Below are positions 62,041-64,000 of a stretch of DNA of 64,000 bases, one piece after another; the stretch's first letter is position 1; every line of letters begins with the position of its first letter. This DNA comes from Clostridia bacterium. GTDB taxonomy: Bacteria; Bacillota; Clostridia; Oscillospirales; CAG-272. The stretch spans positions 152 to 64,151 of the forward strand of contig JAFQFR010000013.1 in assembly GCA_017398595.1 (NCBI GenBank), read 5' to 3'. The notes under the pieces are model-generated. The model was not told where the DNA came from, made no database searches, and worked only from the letters and a program-made list of their open reading frames with translations. A program made the translations under genes and the position numbers.

Positions 62041-62100
62041 ACCAAACAAAAACAGACACATCCCGCGGGATTGCTCCCAAAGGATGTGTCTATCTTTTTA
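62041..62100. terminator. Hairpin terminator downstream of the GGGtGRT gene (usable in both directions)
   Basis: AGACACATCC/GGATGTGTCT stem with an internal TCCCGCGGGA palindrome. T-runs lie on both sides (GTTTTTGTTT on the minus strand, CTTTTTATTT on the plus strand). Confidence 0.65.
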
Positions 62101-62124
62101 TTTGGTTATTCGGTCAACGTGCAA

Positions 62125-63123
62125 TTACTTGCTTGCTTCTTCGATTGCAACGGCAACTGCGACGGTCATACCAACCATCGGGTTGTTACCTGCGCCGATG
62201 AGACCCATCATCTCTACGTGTGCGGGAACGGAGGAAGAACCTGCGAACTGCGCGTCAGAGTGCATACGACCCATGGTATCGGTCATACCGTAGCTGGAGG
62301 GACCTGCTGCCATGTTGTCGGGGTGCAGGGTACGGCCCGTACCGCCGCCCGATGCAACGGAGAAGTAGTTCACGCCGTTCTCATTGCACCACTTCTTGTA
62401 GGTACCTGCAACGGGATGCTGGAAACGGGTGGGGTTGGTGGAGTTACCGGTGATGGAAACGCCGACGTTCTCCTTGCGCATGATGGCAACGCCTTCCGGA
62501 ACGTTGTCAGCGCCGTAGCACTTAACGTCTGCGCGGGGACCCTTGGAGAAGGGAACTTCGCGGACAACGGAAACTTCCTCGGTGTAGGGATCAAACTTGG
62601 TCTCTACATAGGTGAAGCCGTTGATTCTCGAAATGATGTATGCAGCGTCCTTGCCGAGACCGTTCAGGATAACGCGAAGGGGCTTTACGCGAACCTTGTT
62701 TGCGTTCAGAGCGATCTTGATCGCGCCTTCTGCTGCTGCGAAGGACTCGTGACCTGCGAGAAAGCAGAAGCACTCGGTCTCCTCGGAGAGGAGCATCTTG
62801 CCGAGGTTGCCGTGGCCGAGACCTACCTTGCGGTTTTCAGCAACGGAGCCGGGGATGCAGAAGCTCTGCAGACCGATACCGATAGCGGCAGCGGCGTCAG
62901 CAGCCTTGGTGCAGCCCTTCTTGATTGCGATAGCAGCGCCTACGGTGTAAGCCCACTTTGCATTTTCAAATGCGATCGGCTGGGTCTCCTCAACGATCTT
63001 ATAGGGGTTGATGCCCTTTGCGTCGCAGATTTCCTTACATTCGTCGATGGAGGAAATGCCGTATTCTTTCAGAGCAGCGAGGATTTTCGCCTCGCGTCTT
63101 TCATAACCTTCAAACTGTGCCAT
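62125..63123 (-). CDS. GGGtGRT-family protein (conserved, function unknown)
   Basis: 332 aa containing the eponymous motif ASGGGTGRTLHPDNM. Confidence 0.8.
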   Translation of the reverse strand: MAQFEGYERREAKILAALKEYGISSIDECKEICDAKGINPYKIVEETQPIAFENAKWAYTVGAAIAIKKGCTKAADAAAAIGIGLQSFCIPGSVAENRKVGLGHGNLGKMLLSEETECFCFLAGHESFAAAEGAIKIALNANKVRVKPLRVILNGLGKDAAYIISRINGFTYVETKFDPYTEEVSVVREVPFSKGPRADVKCYGADNVPEGVAIMRKENVGVSITGNSTNPTRFQHPVAGTYKKWCNENGVNYFSVASGGGTGRTLHPDNMAAGPSSYGMTDTMGRMHSDAQFAGSSSVPAHVEMMGLIGAGNNPMVGMTVAVAVAIEEASK

Positions 63124-63140
63124 TACGATACTCCTCCTTC

Positions 63141-63857
63141 TTATTCCTTGCGGGGGTCGATGTACTTAACCGCATCGTTGAAGCGGCCGTACGTACCCTT
63201 GGACTTCTCATATGCTTCGTTCGGCTCCATGCCCTTCTTGATGAAGTCGGTCATCTTGCCGAGGGATACGAACTCGTAGCCGATAACTTCGTTGTTCTCA
63301 TCGAGTGCCATTCTGGTGCAGTAGCCTTCGGTCATCTCGAGGTAACGAACGCCCTTTGCCTTGGTGCCGTACATGGTACCAACCATCGAACGTGCGCCCT
63401 TGCCGAGGTCTTCCATACCTGCGCCGATAACCAGACCGCCCTCAGAGAAAGCAGACTGCGTTCTGCCGTATACGATCTGCAGGAACAGCTCACGCATAGC
63501 GGTGTTGATCGCGTCGCATACGAGGTCGGTATTGAGTGCTTCGAGCACGGTCTTGCCGGGGAGGATCTCAGCAGCCATAGCTGCGGAGTGGGTCATGCCC
63601 GAGCAGCCGATGGTCTCAACGAGTGCTTCCTCGATGATACCGTTCTTAACGTTCAGAGACAGCTTACAGCCACCCTGCTGGGGTGCGCACCAGCCGATAC
63701 CGTGGGTATAGCCGGAAATATCCGTAATCTGCTTGGACTGGATCCACTTGCCCTCTTCCGGGATCGGAGCGGGACCGTGGTCGCAGCCCTTTGTGACACA
63801 ACCCATGTGCGCAACTTCGCTGCTCATGGCGTACTCACAAGAAAATTCTTTGCTCAT
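63141..63857 (-). CDS. NifU/IscU-like iron-sulfur scaffold-domain protein (usual partner of GGGtGRT)
   Basis: 238 aa. Cys-containing scaffold-like motifs: GWCAPQQGGCKLS, TIGCSGMTHSAAMAAEILPGKT. Confidence 0.65.
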   Translation of the reverse strand: MSKEFSCEYAMSSEVAHMGCVTKGCDHGPAPIPEEGKWIQSKQITDISGYTHGIGWCAPQQGGCKLSLNVKNGIIEEALVETIGCSGMTHSAAMAAEILPGKTVLEALNTDLVCDAINTAMRELFLQIVYGRTQSAFSEGGLVIGAGMEDLGKGARSMVGTMYGTKAKGVRYLEMTEGYCTRMALDENNEVIGYEFVSLGKMTDFIKKGMEPNEAYEKSKGTYGRFNDAVKYIDPRKE

Positions 63858-63894
63858 GGTTTTTTCTCCTTATGTAATTATATTGCTTGATGAT

Positions 63895-64000
63895 TTACTT
63901 TACGATCTCGCCGTAGAACTCGCCGAATGCGCATGCAGCGTTTGCTTCATCGGTGTCGATGTGCATAGCCAGTGCAAAGGTGGGGTTCACGCGAACGACA
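63895..64000 (-). CDS. 3' end of an unidentified CDS that continues beyond the window
   Basis: The minus-strand frame reads ...VVRVNPTFALAMHIDTDEANAACAFGEFYGEIVK then a stop. Coding-like composition, but too short to assign. Confidence 0.45.
   Translation of the reverse strand, partial: VVRVNPTFALAMHIDTDEANAACAFGEFYGEIVK

Noticed and set aside
1-64000. A search of the intergenic regions for tRNA, rRNA, tmRNA, CRISPR arrays, T-box leaders, prophage genes or known defence genes.
   Set aside because: I recognised none by eye. Intergenic gaps over 150 bp are accounted for by promoters, terminators, the riboswitch candidate or the repeats described. A tRNAscan/Infernal/PADLOC-type scan would be needed to be certain.

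Overview
This is a 64-kb chromosomal segment from a moderately high-GC anaerobic Firmicute. Gene content suggests Clostridia, possibly Oscillospiraceae/Ruminococcaceae-like, but that is inference only. All calls come from reading the sequence and the ORF track by eye; nothing was searched or computed.

I support about 60 protein genes:
- a MarR-MATE efflux pair with a twice-repeated 18-bp palindromic operator
- a GT8-GT8-acyltransferase-acyltransferase operon
- a sigma-70/ECF-like factor with a roughly 385-aa C-terminal extension
- a membrane-anchored MerR
- a DMT transporter
- a visibly AT-rich two-gene islet (Lnu/ANT-like nucleotidyltransferase plus XRE-TPR regulator)
- an H2-sensing [FeFe]-hydrogenase cluster: two thioredoxin-like [2Fe-2S] proteins, PAS-containing HydS, a PP2C phosphatase, and a group-B hydrogenase that is frameshifted as assembled
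- a probable cobalamin riboswitch ahead of a DUF4430 lipoprotein and an ECF S-component
- LysR and adhE, both behind Rex-type operators
- an AraC-linked glycan locus: an ADP-ribosylglycohydrolase (ARH)-fold lipoprotein, two paralogous orphan solute-binding lipoproteins, and GH43
- LysM-CAP, GH13, a CPA2 antiporter, RpiR-MFS-PHP, tcdA, csoR-copA (with a fused CopZ domain), trmL and secA
- an ECF sigma / LRR anti-sigma / lipoprotein cluster
- a VTC-DUF4956-beta-helix operon
- tlpA-ccdA
- a GGGtGRT / NifU-like pair

I recognised no rRNA, tRNA, CRISPR array, transposase, integrase, phage gene or known defence gene.

The most unusual signals are non-coding:
1. A roughly 142-bp element with terminal inverted repeats (TIRs) occurs twice (31879-32020 and 39370-39512). 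Each copy is bracketed by a direct duplication of the local terminator hairpin, and the central stem shows compensatory changes between copies.
2. A roughly 245-bp block of nested inverted repeats lies at 2878-3122.
3. Three promoters share the same TTGxCA-N17-TAAAAT architecture with a Rex-like TGTTAAAATTTTAACA box over the -10. They tie the hydrogenase cluster, LysR and adhE together.
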